Both the position numbers and the translations under genes were made by a program. Below are positions 42,573 through 52,230 of a stretch of DNA of 64,000 nucleotides, one piece after another. The stretch's first letter is position 1. Every line of letters starts with the position of its first letter. The DNA is from Burkholderiales bacterium. GTDB taxonomy: Bacteria > Pseudomonadota > Gammaproteobacteria > Burkholderiales > JACQAP01. The notes beneath the pieces were generated by a model. That model had not been told where the DNA came from, ran no database searches, and saw only the letters and a program-made list of their open reading frames with translations. The stretch is taken from NCBI GenBank assembly GCA_046590325.1, contig JBKJUC010000020.1, forward strand, positions 561-64,560. Direction: 5' to 3'.

Positions 42573-42989
42573 TCAGCGCTGCTGCTGCGTGGTGAAAGTA
42601 ATCTTGCCGAAGCCGGCGAGCCGCGCGGCTTCCATCACGTTGATGACCGACTGGTGGGTGGCGTTTGCGTCGGCGTTTATGATGATCACCGGATCGGGAT
42701 TGGAGCCCGCCGCCTTGCGAAGTTCGCCGGCGAAACTACCCGGTGTGGTGAACGCCACAGTGGTCTTGTTGACTACGTACTGCCCGGAGGACGAAACGCC
42801 TACCCTGATATGGCTCGGCCGGTCGGCGGGACGATTGGCATCCGCCGTGGGCAGGTTGATCTGCAGTTCAGAAAACTTGGAATAAGTGGTGGTCACCGCC
42901 AGAAAAATCACGATGACGATGAGAACGTCGATGAAGGGCACGAGATTGATCTCGGGTTCCTCGCGGAACGATCCTCGGCGGAAATTCAT
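42573..42989 (-). CDS. exbD: ExbD/TolR family biopolymer transport protein
   Basis: EINLVPFIDVLIVIVIFL TM segment with the conserved Asp. 138 aa. Confidence 0.85.
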   Translation of the reverse strand: MNFRRGSFREEPEINLVPFIDVLIVIVIFLAVTTTYSKFSELQINLPTADANRPADRPSHIRVGVSSSGQYVVNKTTVAFTTPGSFAGELRKAAGSNPDPVIIINADANATHQSVINVMEAARLAGFGKITFTTQQQR

Positions 42990-43015
42990 CGGCGGAAATT
43001 CATCGACGTCGCACC

Positions 43016-43627
43016 TCAGCCCTGCCGCTTGCCTTGAATGATCTCGACCAGCTTGACCGCCTGAATTTGCATCTCCACCACCAGCGAATCGGCGCGGGCG
43101 CGGAAATGGCGGTAGAACACCAGGCTGGGGACCGCGACGATGATGCCGAAGGCGGCGTTATAAAGAGCGATGGAGATACCGTGCGCCAGGGCCCCGGGAT
43201 CGGCCATGCCGGAAGGGCCCTGCACGCCGAAGATCTCGATCATGCCCACGATGGTGCCGAGCAGCCCGAGCAGTGGAGACATCGTGGCGATTGTGCCAAG
43301 CGTGGTGAGAAACCGGTCCAGTTCATGCGCGACCGCATAGCCCGCTTCTTCCACCGATTCCTTGATCACTTCGCGGGAACTGCCGGCCTCTTTAAGGGCT
43401 GCGGCGAAAATCCTGCCGAGCGGGGAGGTTAGCGACAGGCGGCTCAGCATCTCGGCGGAAACACCTTTCTGGCGGAATTCCTGGACGACCTGCGGCAGCA
43501 GGTCGCGTGGCGCCACGAGATCCTTGCGCAGGCTGTAGAAGCGTTCACCGATGATGCCGACCGCGACAATCGAACACAGGATGATGGGCCAGATCGGCCA
43601 TCCGGCGGCCTCGATGATTTGTAGCAC
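43016..43627 (-). CDS. exbB: MotA/TolQ/ExbB proton-channel protein
   Basis: Three TM spans. LGTIATMSPLLGLLGTIVGMI motif. Confidence 0.85.
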   Translation of the reverse strand: MLQIIEAAGWPIWPIILCSIVAVGIIGERFYSLRKDLVAPRDLLPQVVQEFRQKGVSAEMLSRLSLTSPLGRIFAAALKEAGSSREVIKESVEEAGYAVAHELDRFLTTLGTIATMSPLLGLLGTIVGMIEIFGVQGPSGMADPGALAHGISIALYNAAFGIIVAVPSLVFYRHFRARADSLVVEMQIQAVKLVEIIQGKRQG

Positions 43628-43776
43628 TCGTGATCTCCAGGCTTCAGAAAAGTGGCGCCACTTTAAACTGACAGGTCGGCAGCAGCAAGCCGACGACAGT
43701 GAAACGGCGCCGTTGCGGGAATTTCCGTGCGCGAGGTATTGACAGCATGCCTCGCACGCAATCTAGTGCCGGAAAA

Positions 43777-43799
43777 CTGTCCACAATCTTTGTGGATAA
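43777..43799. promoter_or_regulatory. pair of inverted DnaA-box-like 9-mers
   Basis: ctgtccaca (7 of 9 matches to TTATCCACA), a 5-nt spacer, then tgtggataa (the exact reverse complement of TTATCCACA). A further tgtggatga lies at 43971-43979. Confidence 0.4.
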
Positions 43800-44104
43800 C
43801 ATTGTGCATAGCTTGTTCAAACGCACGATAAGTTGAGCGTGCAGAAGCTTTTTCTGGTTTCAGATCAAAAAATGCCCGAAGTTATTTTGTGAACAAATTC
43901 AAACTGTTGCGTGACACCCCCGCGTGGATGCGGGGTTTGCGGGCGATTCCCTTTACAGATTTATGACCCTTGTGGATGAAAACATCCTTTCGGCCGCCTT
44001 TGTCAAGCGCTATCGTCGATCGCGGGCAGTAGATGGAATCGAAAAAAATATCCGCCCGTGCGCGCCGGCGCCTTTTCCACGCAAGTGCCTGTGCAAATTA
44101 GAAT

Positions 44105-45454
44105 GTGTTTATGGAACCTACCGACAACGCCACGCACGCCATTAGCGTCTCCGAGCTCAACCGCCGGGCGCGCGAACTGGTGGAGGGCGCATTCCCGCTG
44201 ATCTGGGTGGCGGGAGAGATCTCCAATTTCACGCGGGCCGCTTCGGGCCACTGCTACTTCTCGCTCAAGGACGCAGCCGCCCAGGTACGCTGCGTGTTTT
44301 TCCGGCACAAGGCGGCTTTGCTGGACTGGAAACCGGAAAACGGCATGCAGGTGGAAGTTCGTGCGCTGCCCTCGTTCTACGAGGCGCGCGGGGAATTTCA
44401 GCTCGGGGTCGAGAACATGCGCCGTTCCGGCTTCGGGGCCTTGTACGAGGCGTTCGAGCGCCTGAAGAGGAAAATGCAGCAGGAGGGATTGTTCGAAGCG
44501 GCGCGCAAACGTCCGATCCCGGCTTTCGCTGGCACCGTGGGAGTGGTTACATCACGTAAGGCGGCGGCGCTGCGCGACGTGCTGACGACGCTGGCGAGGC
44601 GCATGCCCGGGACGCGCGTGGTCATCTACCCCGCTCCGGTGCAGGGACAGGGCGCCGGCGAGAAAATCGCCGAAGCCATACGAACGGCGTCCACGCGCGC
44701 CGAAGCCGACGTCCTGATCGTCTGCCGCGGCGGCGGCAGCATCGAGGATCTGTGGGCTTTCAACGAAGAAGGGGTGGCGCGCGCGATCGCCGCCTGCTCG
44801 ATGCCCGTGGTTGCCGGCATCGGCCACGAGACCGATTTCACGATTGCCGATTTCGTTGCTGATGCGCGTGCGCCGACACCAACGGCAGCTGCCGAACTGG
44901 TGAGCGCCAGCCGCGCCGAACTGGGTCCGCGCCTGCAGGTGCTGGGTGCGCGCCTGATGCGCAATATCGAACGCCTGCTCAGTTCGCGCGGACAGCAGGT
45001 AGACTACTTGGCCAGGCGCCTGGTTCATCCCGGTGATTACATTGGCGTACAGGCCCGCCACCTGAAACAACTGGGCATGCGCCTGAAATCGTCCGCATCG
45101 CGCATGATCGAGTCCGGTGTCTGGGGCATCAGTGAAGTTGCTGCGGCCCTGCGCACGAACCGGCCGGATGTGGAGGGCCTCCTTGCCGAAAACCAGGAGG
45201 CGCGGCTGCGCCTGAGCCTGGGTTACGCGCGCTACCTCGAGTTGCACGACAACCGGCTCGCGCAGTTTGGCGCCAGCCTGGGACACCTCAATCCGCAGGC
45301 GGTGCTGGAACGCGGCTACAGCATCGTGGCTCGGGAAGACGGCCGCATCGCGCGCAGCAGCCTCGATGTGCATGCGGGCAACCGCGTGCAGATAACATTC
45401 GGCGAAGGCGCGGCACAGGCCCGGATCGAAGATGTAACAAAACCCAAAGTTTGA
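44105..45454 (+). CDS. xseA: exodeoxyribonuclease VII large subunit
   Basis: SVSELNRRARELVEGAFPLIWVAGEISNF..ASGHCYFSLKD (OB fold). GRGGGSIEDLW. Confidence 0.9.
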   Translation: MFMEPTDNATHAISVSELNRRARELVEGAFPLIWVAGEISNFTRAASGHCYFSLKDAAAQVRCVFFRHKAALLDWKPENGMQVEVRALPSFYEARGEFQLGVENMRRSGFGALYEAFERLKRKMQQEGLFEAARKRPIPAFAGTVGVVTSRKAAALRDVLTTLARRMPGTRVVIYPAPVQGQGAGEKIAEAIRTASTRAEADVLIVCRGGGSIEDLWAFNEEGVARAIAACSMPVVAGIGHETDFTIADFVADARAPTPTAAAELVSASRAELGPRLQVLGARLMRNIERLLSSRGQQVDYLARRLVHPGDYIGVQARHLKQLGMRLKSSASRMIESGVWGISEVAAALRTNRPDVEGLLAENQEARLRLSLGYARYLELHDNRLAQFGASLGHLNPQAVLERGYSIVAREDGRIARSSLDVHAGNRVQITFGEGAAQARIEDVTKPKV

Positions 45455-45561
45455 TTGCGGCACGCGCCGCCGGAAGGGTATCGTTGCCGTTGCTTTTCCG
45501 GTTCCATGCTGCGGGCATCCGGCCGGCGGATTTCTTAAATCTAAGAATATTTCCTGGAGGA

Positions 45562-46044
45562 ATGATGACAATCCTGAAAAAACTGTTTTCCCTGTCGATT
45601 GCGGTCTTTCTGGGCACCATGGCCCTGGGCGCCGGTGCGCAGACCTCGGACAAGAAAGTGCTGAATCTGGACGGCGCGCGCAAGATCGCCGCGGCTGCCG
45701 AAGCCGAAGCGAGGAAGAACAACTGGAACGTGGTCATCGCCATCGTCGACGATGGCGGCAACCTGCTATACCTGCAGCGCATGGACGGCACCCAGACCGG
45801 CAGCATCCAGGTCGCGATCGACAAGGCGCGTACCGCGCAGGCCTTCAAGCGCCCCACCAAGGTATTCGAAGACGCGATCGCGGGCGGGCGCAACGCCATC
45901 CTCGGCCTCAACGGGGCATTGCCACTCGAAGGCGGCCTGCCGGTCAAAGTCGGTGACCAGGTCGTGGGCGCCGTCGGCGTTAGTGGCGTGACGGCACCAC
46001 AGGACGGCCAGATTGCCAAGGCCGGCGCAGACGTCGTCAACTGA
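45562..46044 (+). CDS. GlcG/HbpS-like (DUF336) haem-binding-family protein with signal peptide
   Basis: ATG preceded by GGAGG. Signal peptide MMTILKKLFSLSIAVFLGTMALGAGA. ...GGLPV.VGDQVVGAVGVSG motif. Confidence 0.75.
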   Translation: MMTILKKLFSLSIAVFLGTMALGAGAQTSDKKVLNLDGARKIAAAAEAEARKNNWNVVIAIVDDGGNLLYLQRMDGTQTGSIQVAIDKARTAQAFKRPTKVFEDAIAGGRNAILGLNGALPLEGGLPVKVGDQVVGAVGVSGVTAPQDGQIAKAGADVVN

Positions 46045-46056
46045 ATGTTTTTTCGA

Positions 46057-46079
46057 GGAGGGAAGCGGAGCTTCCCTCC
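46057..46079. terminator. hairpin between convergent genes (possible terminator)
   Basis: ggagggaagc gga gcttccctcc is a 10-bp stem. The flanking T-run is on the upstream side only, so function and direction are uncertain. Confidence 0.4.
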
Positions 46080-46085
46080 CGTATT

Positions 46086-47063
46086 TCAGACGGCCAGCGC
46101 TTCCTGCAAGTGCCGCCCGACCTGCTCCTGCAGGTCCTCAGCCAGACAGTCGAAAACTTTCACCTCGGGCATCGCGCGTAACCATGTCAGCTGACGCTTG
46201 GCCAACTGGCGTGTTGCGCTGACCGCCTTTTCGCGCAACCCCGCAAGCGTGTACTCGCCGTCCAGGTACTGCCAGACCTGGCGATAGCCGACACAGCGCA
46301 TCGAAGGCAGGTCGGGGGTCAGGACATAGTTCTCGCGCAGTTCGCGCACTTCGTTGATCAGGCCGAGTTCGAGCATCTCCTCGAAACGCGACGCGATGCG
46401 TTCGTGCAGTTCCTTGCGTTCTCCGGGAACCAGCGCGACCGGGATGAGCCGGTAGGGCAGGTCCGCCGGACGGCCGCTCGCGATCAGTTCCGACATCGGC
46501 TTGCCGGTCAGGTAGAAGATTTCCATGGCCCGCTGGATGCGTTGCGAATCGTTCGGATCCAGGCGCTTTGCCGCCACCGGGTCGATGCGTTCGAGCTCGC
46601 GGTGCATCGCCGGCCAGCCGGTCTCGGCCGCCATCACGTCCAGCACCATGCGCGTATCCGGATCGGCCGGGGGCAGGTCGGATAACCCTTCGCGCAGGGC
46701 CTTGAAATACAGCATGGTGCCGCCAACGAGCAGGGGGATGCGGCCGTCATTGGTGATGTCACCCATGATTCCGACTGCGTCATTGCGGAACCGCGCTGCC
46801 GAATAGCGTTCGTTCGGCTCGATTACGTCGATCAGGTGATGCGGGAAGCGCAGCCGGATGTCGAGGGCCGGCTTGGCCGTGCCAATGTTCATGTGGCGAT
46901 AGACCTGCGCCGAATCCACGCTGATGATCTCGGCGGGAAAGCGGCGCACCAGTTCCAGCGCGACGCCGGTCTTGCCGCTGGCGGTGGGGCCCATCAGCAG
47001 AATTGCCGGAGGGCGATCCTGCGGGTGCTGGGTGCTGGGTACTGAGTTCTGAGAGGGGGACAT
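46086..47063 (-). CDS. miaA: tRNA dimethylallyltransferase
   Basis: [16 protein letters not shown]-loop and [18 protein letters not shown]. Start taken at Met 47063. Confidence 0.9.
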   Translation of the reverse strand: MSPSQNSVPSTQHPQDRPPAILLMGPTASGKTGVALELVRRFPAEIISVDSAQVYRHMNIGTAKPALDIRLRFPHHLIDVIEPNERYSAARFRNDAVGIMGDITNDGRIPLLVGGTMLYFKALREGLSDLPPADPDTRMVLDVMAAETGWPAMHRELERIDPVAAKRLDPNDSQRIQRAMEIFYLTGKPMSELIASGRPADLPYRLIPVALVPGERKELHERIASRFEEMLELGLINEVRELRENYVLTPDLPSMRCVGYRQVWQYLDGEYTLAGLREKAVSATRQLAKRQLTWLRAMPEVKVFDCLAEDLQEQVGRHLQEALAV

Positions 47064-47137
47064 GCTTCGTTTCTTCGCAGCACTTATGGGCAAAGCCCGG
47101 TATCCAGCGAAGTCGGGCAGCACACAGTACGCAGCAC
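47024..47137. repeat. periodic-arm inverted-repeat element (copy E8) spanning the miaA start
   Basis: gtgctgggtactgagttctg (47032-47051) matches the reverse complement of cagcacacagtacgcagcac (47118-47137) at 17 of 20 positions. The left arm has a ggtgctg 7-nt period and lies inside the annotated miaA N-terminus. Confidence 0.4.
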
Positions 47138-47139
47138 GT

Positions 47140-48945
47140 TCATTTCCCTCTCATGAACATGCGGTCCAGTTCGCCTATCGTGACCTGGAACCAGGTCGGG
47201 CGCCCGTGGTTGCACTGGCCGGAGCGTTCAGTGGTTTCCATTTCCCGCAACAGGGCGTTCATTTCCTGCACCGTAAGCTGGCGGTTGGCGCGAACCGCAG
47301 CATGGCAGGCCATTGTCGCCAGCATTTCGTTCTGACGCTCGGCAAGCACCCGGCTACCGCCGAACTCGGTAATTTCCGCCAGCACGTCGCGGGCGAGCTG
47401 CGCGGCGTCAGCCTGGGCAAGCGTCATCGGCACCGAGCGAACCGCGATGGCGGTGGGTCCCAGGGCGGCGATTTCGAATCCGAGCTTTGCCAGCGTGTCG
47501 CTGTTTTCCTCCGCCGTTGCGACTTCCAGCGCGCTTGCCGTCATGGTCGCGGGGATCAGCAGCTTTTGCGTGGGGATGCGGTTATCTTCGAGCGCTGTCT
47601 TTAACTGCTCGTAAACGATGCGTTCGTGCGCGGCGTGCATGTCCACCACGATCAATCCCTTTTCGTTCTGCGCCAGGATGTAGATGCCGGCAAGTTGCGC
47701 CAGTGCGAAACCCAGGGGGTGCGGCTCCTCATCGGCATGCAGCATCGGCGCCTGGGGTGCGGGGAACCTCTCGTCACGGGTTCCGAACAGGGCGGCATAA
47801 AAGGCGCCGGGCTCCGAGGCTGTGCCCGCGGATGCGCCGAAATCCGTGGCACTCCTCGCGCTTCCGCCGAAATCCATTGCCGGCTGGCGGAAATACGAAG
47901 GCTGTGAGAACGGCAGGGTGGTGCCGGCGGCCGACGGCACGACAGATTGGGCACCGGCCCGTGTGGTGGCGAGCGATTTTTCAAGTGCGTGGAACACGAA
48001 CTGGTGGACGCCGCGCGAATCCCGGAACCTCACCTCGATCTTGGTGGGATGTACATTGGCGTCGACCAGGGCCGGATCGAGGTCCAAGAACAGCACATAG
48101 GCCGGGTGGCGGTCGTGGTGCAGGACGTCGTGGTAGGCCTCGCGCACCGCATGCGACAGCATCTTGTCGCGCACGAACCGACCATTGACGAAAAAGTACT
48201 GGGCGTCGCGCGCCGCGCGCGAATACGCAGGTTGTGCCACAAGGCCATGCAGGCGGAAGCCGCCGCTATCCACCGCGATGCGCAGCGCAGCTTCGCGAAA
48301 CGCCTCGCCGAGGACGGCATGCACACGGTCCTCGGTGCTGCCGGGCTGCAGCCGCCACTGAGCCCGGCCATTGTGCGTCAGGGTGAACTGGGTGTCCGGC
48401 CTCGAGAGCGCAATGCGCCGGAAGGTCTCCTCGCTGTGCGCGAACTCGGTTTGCGCGCTGCGCAGGAATTTGCGCCGGGCGGGCGTGTTGAAATACAGGT
48501 CGCGCACTTCGATGGTCGTTCCCGCCGGCGCGGCGGCAGGTTCCGGCGCGGAAACCGAGCCACCGCTTGCCTCGAGTTTCCAGGCGTGGGTGCTGGCCGC
48601 GACACGGCTAGAGAGTGTCAAATGGGCCACGGCCGCGATGCTGGCCAGCGCCTCACCGCGAAAACCGAGGCTGGCCACACGTTCCAGGTCTTCGAGTGCC
48701 CCGATCTTGCTCGTGGCGTGACGGGCAAGTGCGAGCGCCAGTTCGGACTGGCCGATGCCACTGCCGTTGTCGGCAACACGGATCTGCTTCACGCCGCCTT
48801 CGCCGAGCTGGACCGATACTTCGCTGGCGCCCGCATCAAGGCTGTTCTCGAGCAATTCCTTGAGGGCCGAGGCGGGCCGGTCGACGACTTCCCCCGCCGC
48901 AATCTGGCTGATCAGCAGGTCGGGCAATACGCGGATGGAGGGCAT
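47140..48945 (-). CDS. mutL: DNA mismatch repair endonuclease MutL
   Basis: [39 protein letters not shown] (GHKL ATPase). C-terminal [27 protein letters not shown]. Confidence 0.9.
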   Translation of the reverse strand: MPSIRVLPDLLISQIAAGEVVDRPASALKELLENSLDAGASEVSVQLGEGGVKQIRVADNGSGIGQSELALALARHATSKIGALEDLERVASLGFRGEALASIAAVAHLTLSSRVAASTHAWKLEASGGSVSAPEPAAAPAGTTIEVRDLYFNTPARRKFLRSAQTEFAHSEETFRRIALSRPDTQFTLTHNGRAQWRLQPGSTEDRVHAVLGEAFREAALRIAVDSGGFRLHGLVAQPAYSRAARDAQYFFVNGRFVRDKMLSHAVREAYHDVLHHDRHPAYVLFLDLDPALVDANVHPTKIEVRFRDSRGVHQFVFHALEKSLATTRAGAQSVVPSAAGTTLPFSQPSYFRQPAMDFGGSARSATDFGASAGTASEPGAFYAALFGTRDERFPAPQAPMLHADEEPHPLGFALAQLAGIYILAQNEKGLIVVDMHAAHERIVYEQLKTALEDNRIPTQKLLIPATMTASALEVATAEENSDTLAKLGFEIAALGPTAIAVRSVPMTLAQADAAQLARDVLAEITEFGGSRVLAERQNEMLATMACHAAVRANRQLTVQEMNALLREMETTERSGQCNHGRPTWFQVTIGELDRMFMRGK

Positions 48946-49132
48946 CGAGTGGCTCGGAGGCAGACCCCGGATTATAGCTGCTGGCCGCAGCGGGCAGACT
49001 TTGCCCTCCGCGCCTCGCTTCAGGGCCGCGCTTTCTCTATAATTGCCAAACTTTTTTGAACCCATAACTGGTCTCCATGACGAGCACATCGTTTCTCCGG
49101 AGGGCGGTTCTACAGGGAGGCTATTCGATATC

Positions 49133-50257
49133 ATGCAGATTGGCATACCGGCGGAAATCCGCGCGGGTGAATCCCGGGTTGCTGCAATCCCGGAAACCGT
49201 AAAGAAGCTGGCCGCAGGCGGTCACCACAATCTCGTGGTACAGAGCGGTGCCGGCGCGTCCTGCTCGATTCCCGACGCCGAGTTCGCGGCTGCCGGAGCG
49301 TCCATCGTCCAGAATGCGGCCGATGTCTTCCGGTCAGACATCGTGCTCAAGGTGCGTGGCCCCGAGGCTGCGGAACTGCCGTTACTCAGGTCCGGCGCCA
49401 TCCTGGTCGGCATGCTGAGCCCCTACAAAAAGGAAGGGATCGAAGCCATCGCCCGTACCGGTGTCACCGGATTCGCGATGGAAGCCCTGCCGCGGATCTC
49501 CCGCGCTCAGAGCATGGATGTGCTGTCTTCCCAGGCCAACATCGGTGGCTACAAGGCGGTGCTGGTGGCTGCCAACGCCTACCAGCGCATGATGCCAATG
49601 CTGATGACGGCGGCTGGCACCGTGAAGGCGGCGCGCGTGGTGATCATGGGCGTCGGCGTGGCGGGCCTGCAGGCGATAGCAACCGCCAAGCGCCTCGGCG
49701 CGATCGTGGAGGCGACCGATGTGCGGCCCGAAACCAAGGAACAGGTGGAGTCCCTCGGCGGGAAATTCATCGATGTGCCGCTGACCGATTCGGAAAAGGA
49801 ACTGGCCAAGGGCCAGGGCGGCTACGCGCGCGATATGGGCGAGGACTACAAGAGACGCCAGGCCGCGCTGGTCGCCGATCGCATCAGGCAGGCCGATATC
49901 GTCATTACCACGGCGCTTATTCCCGGCCGCCCCGCTCCGGTGCTGGTGACTGAGGAAATGGTCAAAAGCATGAAGCCCGGTTCGGTCATTGTCGACATGG
50001 CGGTGGAGCAGGGCGGCAACTGCCCCCTGTCCGAACTGGACAAGACGGTGGTGAAGCATGGCGTGCAGATTGTCGGCATTGCCAACTTGCCGGCACTGGT
50101 GCCTTTCGACGCCAGCGCGCTGTATTCGCGCAACTTGCTTAATTTCCTTAACCTGCTGGTGGACCCCAAGACTGGGGAACTGAAGCTGAACCGCGAAGAC
50201 GAGATCATCGCCGGATCGCTGGTCTGTATCGGCGGAGAACTAACAAAGAAAACGTAA
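49133..50257 (+). CDS. pntAA: NAD(P) transhydrogenase subunit alpha part 1
   Basis: MQIGIPAEIRAGESRVAAIPETVKKL. VVIMGVGVAGLQAIATAKRLGA Rossmann loop. Confidence 0.9.
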   Translation: MQIGIPAEIRAGESRVAAIPETVKKLAAGGHHNLVVQSGAGASCSIPDAEFAAAGASIVQNAADVFRSDIVLKVRGPEAAELPLLRSGAILVGMLSPYKKEGIEAIARTGVTGFAMEALPRISRAQSMDVLSSQANIGGYKAVLVAANAYQRMMPMLMTAAGTVKAARVVIMGVGVAGLQAIATAKRLGAIVEATDVRPETKEQVESLGGKFIDVPLTDSEKELAKGQGGYARDMGEDYKRRQAALVADRIRQADIVITTALIPGRPAPVLVTEEMVKSMKPGSVIVDMAVEQGGNCPLSELDKTVVKHGVQIVGIANLPALVPFDASALYSRNLLNFLNLLVDPKTGELKLNREDEIIAGSLVCIGGELTKKT

Positions 50258-50318
50258 CGTAATGCGTGAGGAGAGAGGGGAAATCCTCGTGCCTCGTGCC
50301 TCAAATTTGGAGAACTGA

Positions 50319-50624
50319 ATGGAAGCCGTTGATCCGATCGTCAGTCACCTCACCGTGTTCGTCCTTGCCATTTTCGTCGGCTACCACGTGGTCTGGACCG
50401 TCACTCCGGCGCTGCATACGCCATTGATGTCCGTCACCAATGCCATCTCCGGGATCATCATCGTCGGCGCGATGTTGGCCGCCGGCCCGCAGCCGATCGA
50501 CTGGGGCACCGTCATGGGGTTCATTGCCGTGGTGCTGGCCAGCATCAACGTGTTCGGAGGCTTCATGGTGACCCAGCGCATGCTGGAGATGTTCAAGAAA
50601 AAAGAGAAGAAGGCCGGCCACTGA
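50319..50624 (+). CDS. pntAB: NAD(P) transhydrogenase subunit alpha part 2 (membrane)
   Basis: 101 aa with three TM spans. [19 protein letters not shown] motif. Confidence 0.9.
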   Translation: MEAVDPIVSHLTVFVLAIFVGYHVVWTVTPALHTPLMSVTNAISGIIIVGAMLAAGPQPIDWGTVMGFIAVVLASINVFGGFMVTQRMLEMFKKKEKKAGH

Positions 50625-50667
50625 GCCGGTGCCGCTTCGCTGAATCGAACCTGTCCCGGAGAAATGA

Positions 50668-52050
50668 ATGTCTGCTAACCAAGTGGCACTGGCGTACCTG
50701 ATCGCGTCGGTGTTCTTCGTACTTTCGCTGAAGGGGCTCTCCTCGCCGACGACCTCGCGTCGGGGCAACCTGTTCGGCATGATCGGCATGACCATCGCGG
50801 TTCTTACCACGCTTTCGGTCACGAAGAACTGGATGCTGATAGTTCTGGGCATCGCCGTTGGCGGCACCATCGGCGCGGTGATCGCGCGGCGCATCCAGAT
50901 GACGGCCATGCCGGAACTGGTGGCGGCGATGCACTCGCTGGTCGGGCTCGCCGCGGTGCTGATCGCGATTGCTGCAGTCCATAACCCGGGCGCCTACGGC
51001 ATTCTGACCGCCGATGGCGTGATTCCGCGCGGCAATCGCCTCGAACTGTTCATCGGCACCTTCGTGGGCGCGCTTACCTTCAGCGGCTCGGTGATCGCTT
51101 TTGGCAAGCTGTCAGGGAAGATCCGCAGCGCACCGGTCGTGTTCGGCGGCCAGCATTGGGTCAATCTGCTGCTGGCGATCGTGATGGTCGGCTTCGGCCT
51201 TGCCTTCATGTTCAACCAGAGCTGGACGCCATTCGCCGTCATGACCACGGTCGCCTTCATCCTCGGCGTGCTGATCATCATTCCCATCGGCGGCGCCGAC
51301 ATGCCCGTGGTGATTTCCATGCTGAACAGCTATTCGGGCTGGGCAGCGGCGGGCATCGGTTTTTCGCTCAACAATCCGATGCTGATCATTTCCGGATCAC
51401 TGGTGGGGAGTTCCGGCGCCATCCTTTCGTACATCATGTGCAAAGCGATGAACCGCTCGTTCTTCAGCGTTATCCTTGGTGGCTTTGGTGCCGAGGCCGG
51501 CACGGCGGCGGTAACGGATGGAACACAGAAGAACCATCGCAGCGGCAGTCCCGAGGACGCCGCATTCCTGATGGGCAATGCCGAGTCGGTCATTATCGTG
51601 CCGGGTTACGGCCTCGCCGTGGCGCGCGCCCAGCACGCGGTCAAGGAAATGGCCGAAAAACTGCATGCCAAGGGGGTCAATGTCCGTTATGCGATCCATC
51701 CGGTCGCCGGCCGCATGCCGGGCCACATGAACGTGCTGCTGGCGGAAGCGGAAATTCCCTACGACCAAGTGTTCGAAATGGACGAAATCAACAACGAGTT
51801 CTCGACGACCGACGTGGTGCTGGTACTGGGCGCCAACGACGTGGTGAACCCGGCCGCGAACGTTCCGGGAAGCCCGATCTATGGCATGCCCATCCTGGAG
51901 GTCCACAAGGCCCGTACGGTGCTGGTGGTCAAGCGCAGCATGGCCTCTGGCTATGCGGGTCTGGACAATGACCTCTTCTACATGGACAAGACCATGATGG
52001 TGTTCGGCGACGCGAAGAAGGTGGTGGAAGACATCGTAAAGGCCATTTGA
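50668..52050 (+). CDS. pntB: NAD(P) transhydrogenase subunit beta
   Basis: 460 aa. Membrane domain plus NADP(H) domain III (VIIVPGYGLAVA.AQH, YAIHPVAGRMPGHMNVLLAEA, GANDVVNPAA). Confidence 0.95.
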   Translation: MSANQVALAYLIASVFFVLSLKGLSSPTTSRRGNLFGMIGMTIAVLTTLSVTKNWMLIVLGIAVGGTIGAVIARRIQMTAMPELVAAMHSLVGLAAVLIAIAAVHNPGAYGILTADGVIPRGNRLELFIGTFVGALTFSGSVIAFGKLSGKIRSAPVVFGGQHWVNLLLAIVMVGFGLAFMFNQSWTPFAVMTTVAFILGVLIIIPIGGADMPVVISMLNSYSGWAAAGIGFSLNNPMLIISGSLVGSSGAILSYIMCKAMNRSFFSVILGGFGAEAGTAAVTDGTQKNHRSGSPEDAAFLMGNAESVIIVPGYGLAVARAQHAVKEMAEKLHAKGVNVRYAIHPVAGRMPGHMNVLLAEAEIPYDQVFEMDEINNEFSTTDVVLVLGANDVVNPAANVPGSPIYGMPILEVHKARTVLVVKRSMASGYAGLDNDLFYMDKTMMVFGDAKKVVEDIVKAI

Positions 52051-52136
52051 CGCCCGTCAGGCCTAGACGCGGGCCCCTTCAGGCCTAATAATTGCGCTAA
52101 GTACTTGATGCGGTAGCCAAGCTGCGGCGGCAGATG

Positions 52137-52171
52137 AGGCTTCTCCCCCAGGAGAGGCCTAAATTGTTTTT
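52137..52171 (+). terminator. possible terminator after pntB
   Basis: aggcttctcc ccca ggagaggcct (one mismatch) followed by aaattgttttt. Confidence 0.5.
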
Positions 52172-52230
52172 CCGCAAGTCGAAAGTCCGTTGTCGCATTT
52201 CCTGGTTTACGGGGACTGAGAAAGAGCAAA

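Noticed and set aside
43739-43980. Possibility that this spacer is the chromosomal replication origin.
   Set aside because: Only one perfect and two or three imperfect DnaA boxes are present. There are no repeated AT-rich 13-mer-like units and no dnaA, dnaN, gidA or parAB neighbourhood. It is kept only as a DnaA-box cluster of unknown role, with a Fur-box-like reading as an alternative.
43644-44145. Short ORFs (60-73 aa) in the exbB/xseA spacer.
   Set aside because: They have no RBS, unconvincing composition and overlap with predicted hairpins and DnaA-box-like sites. The region is treated as non-coding.
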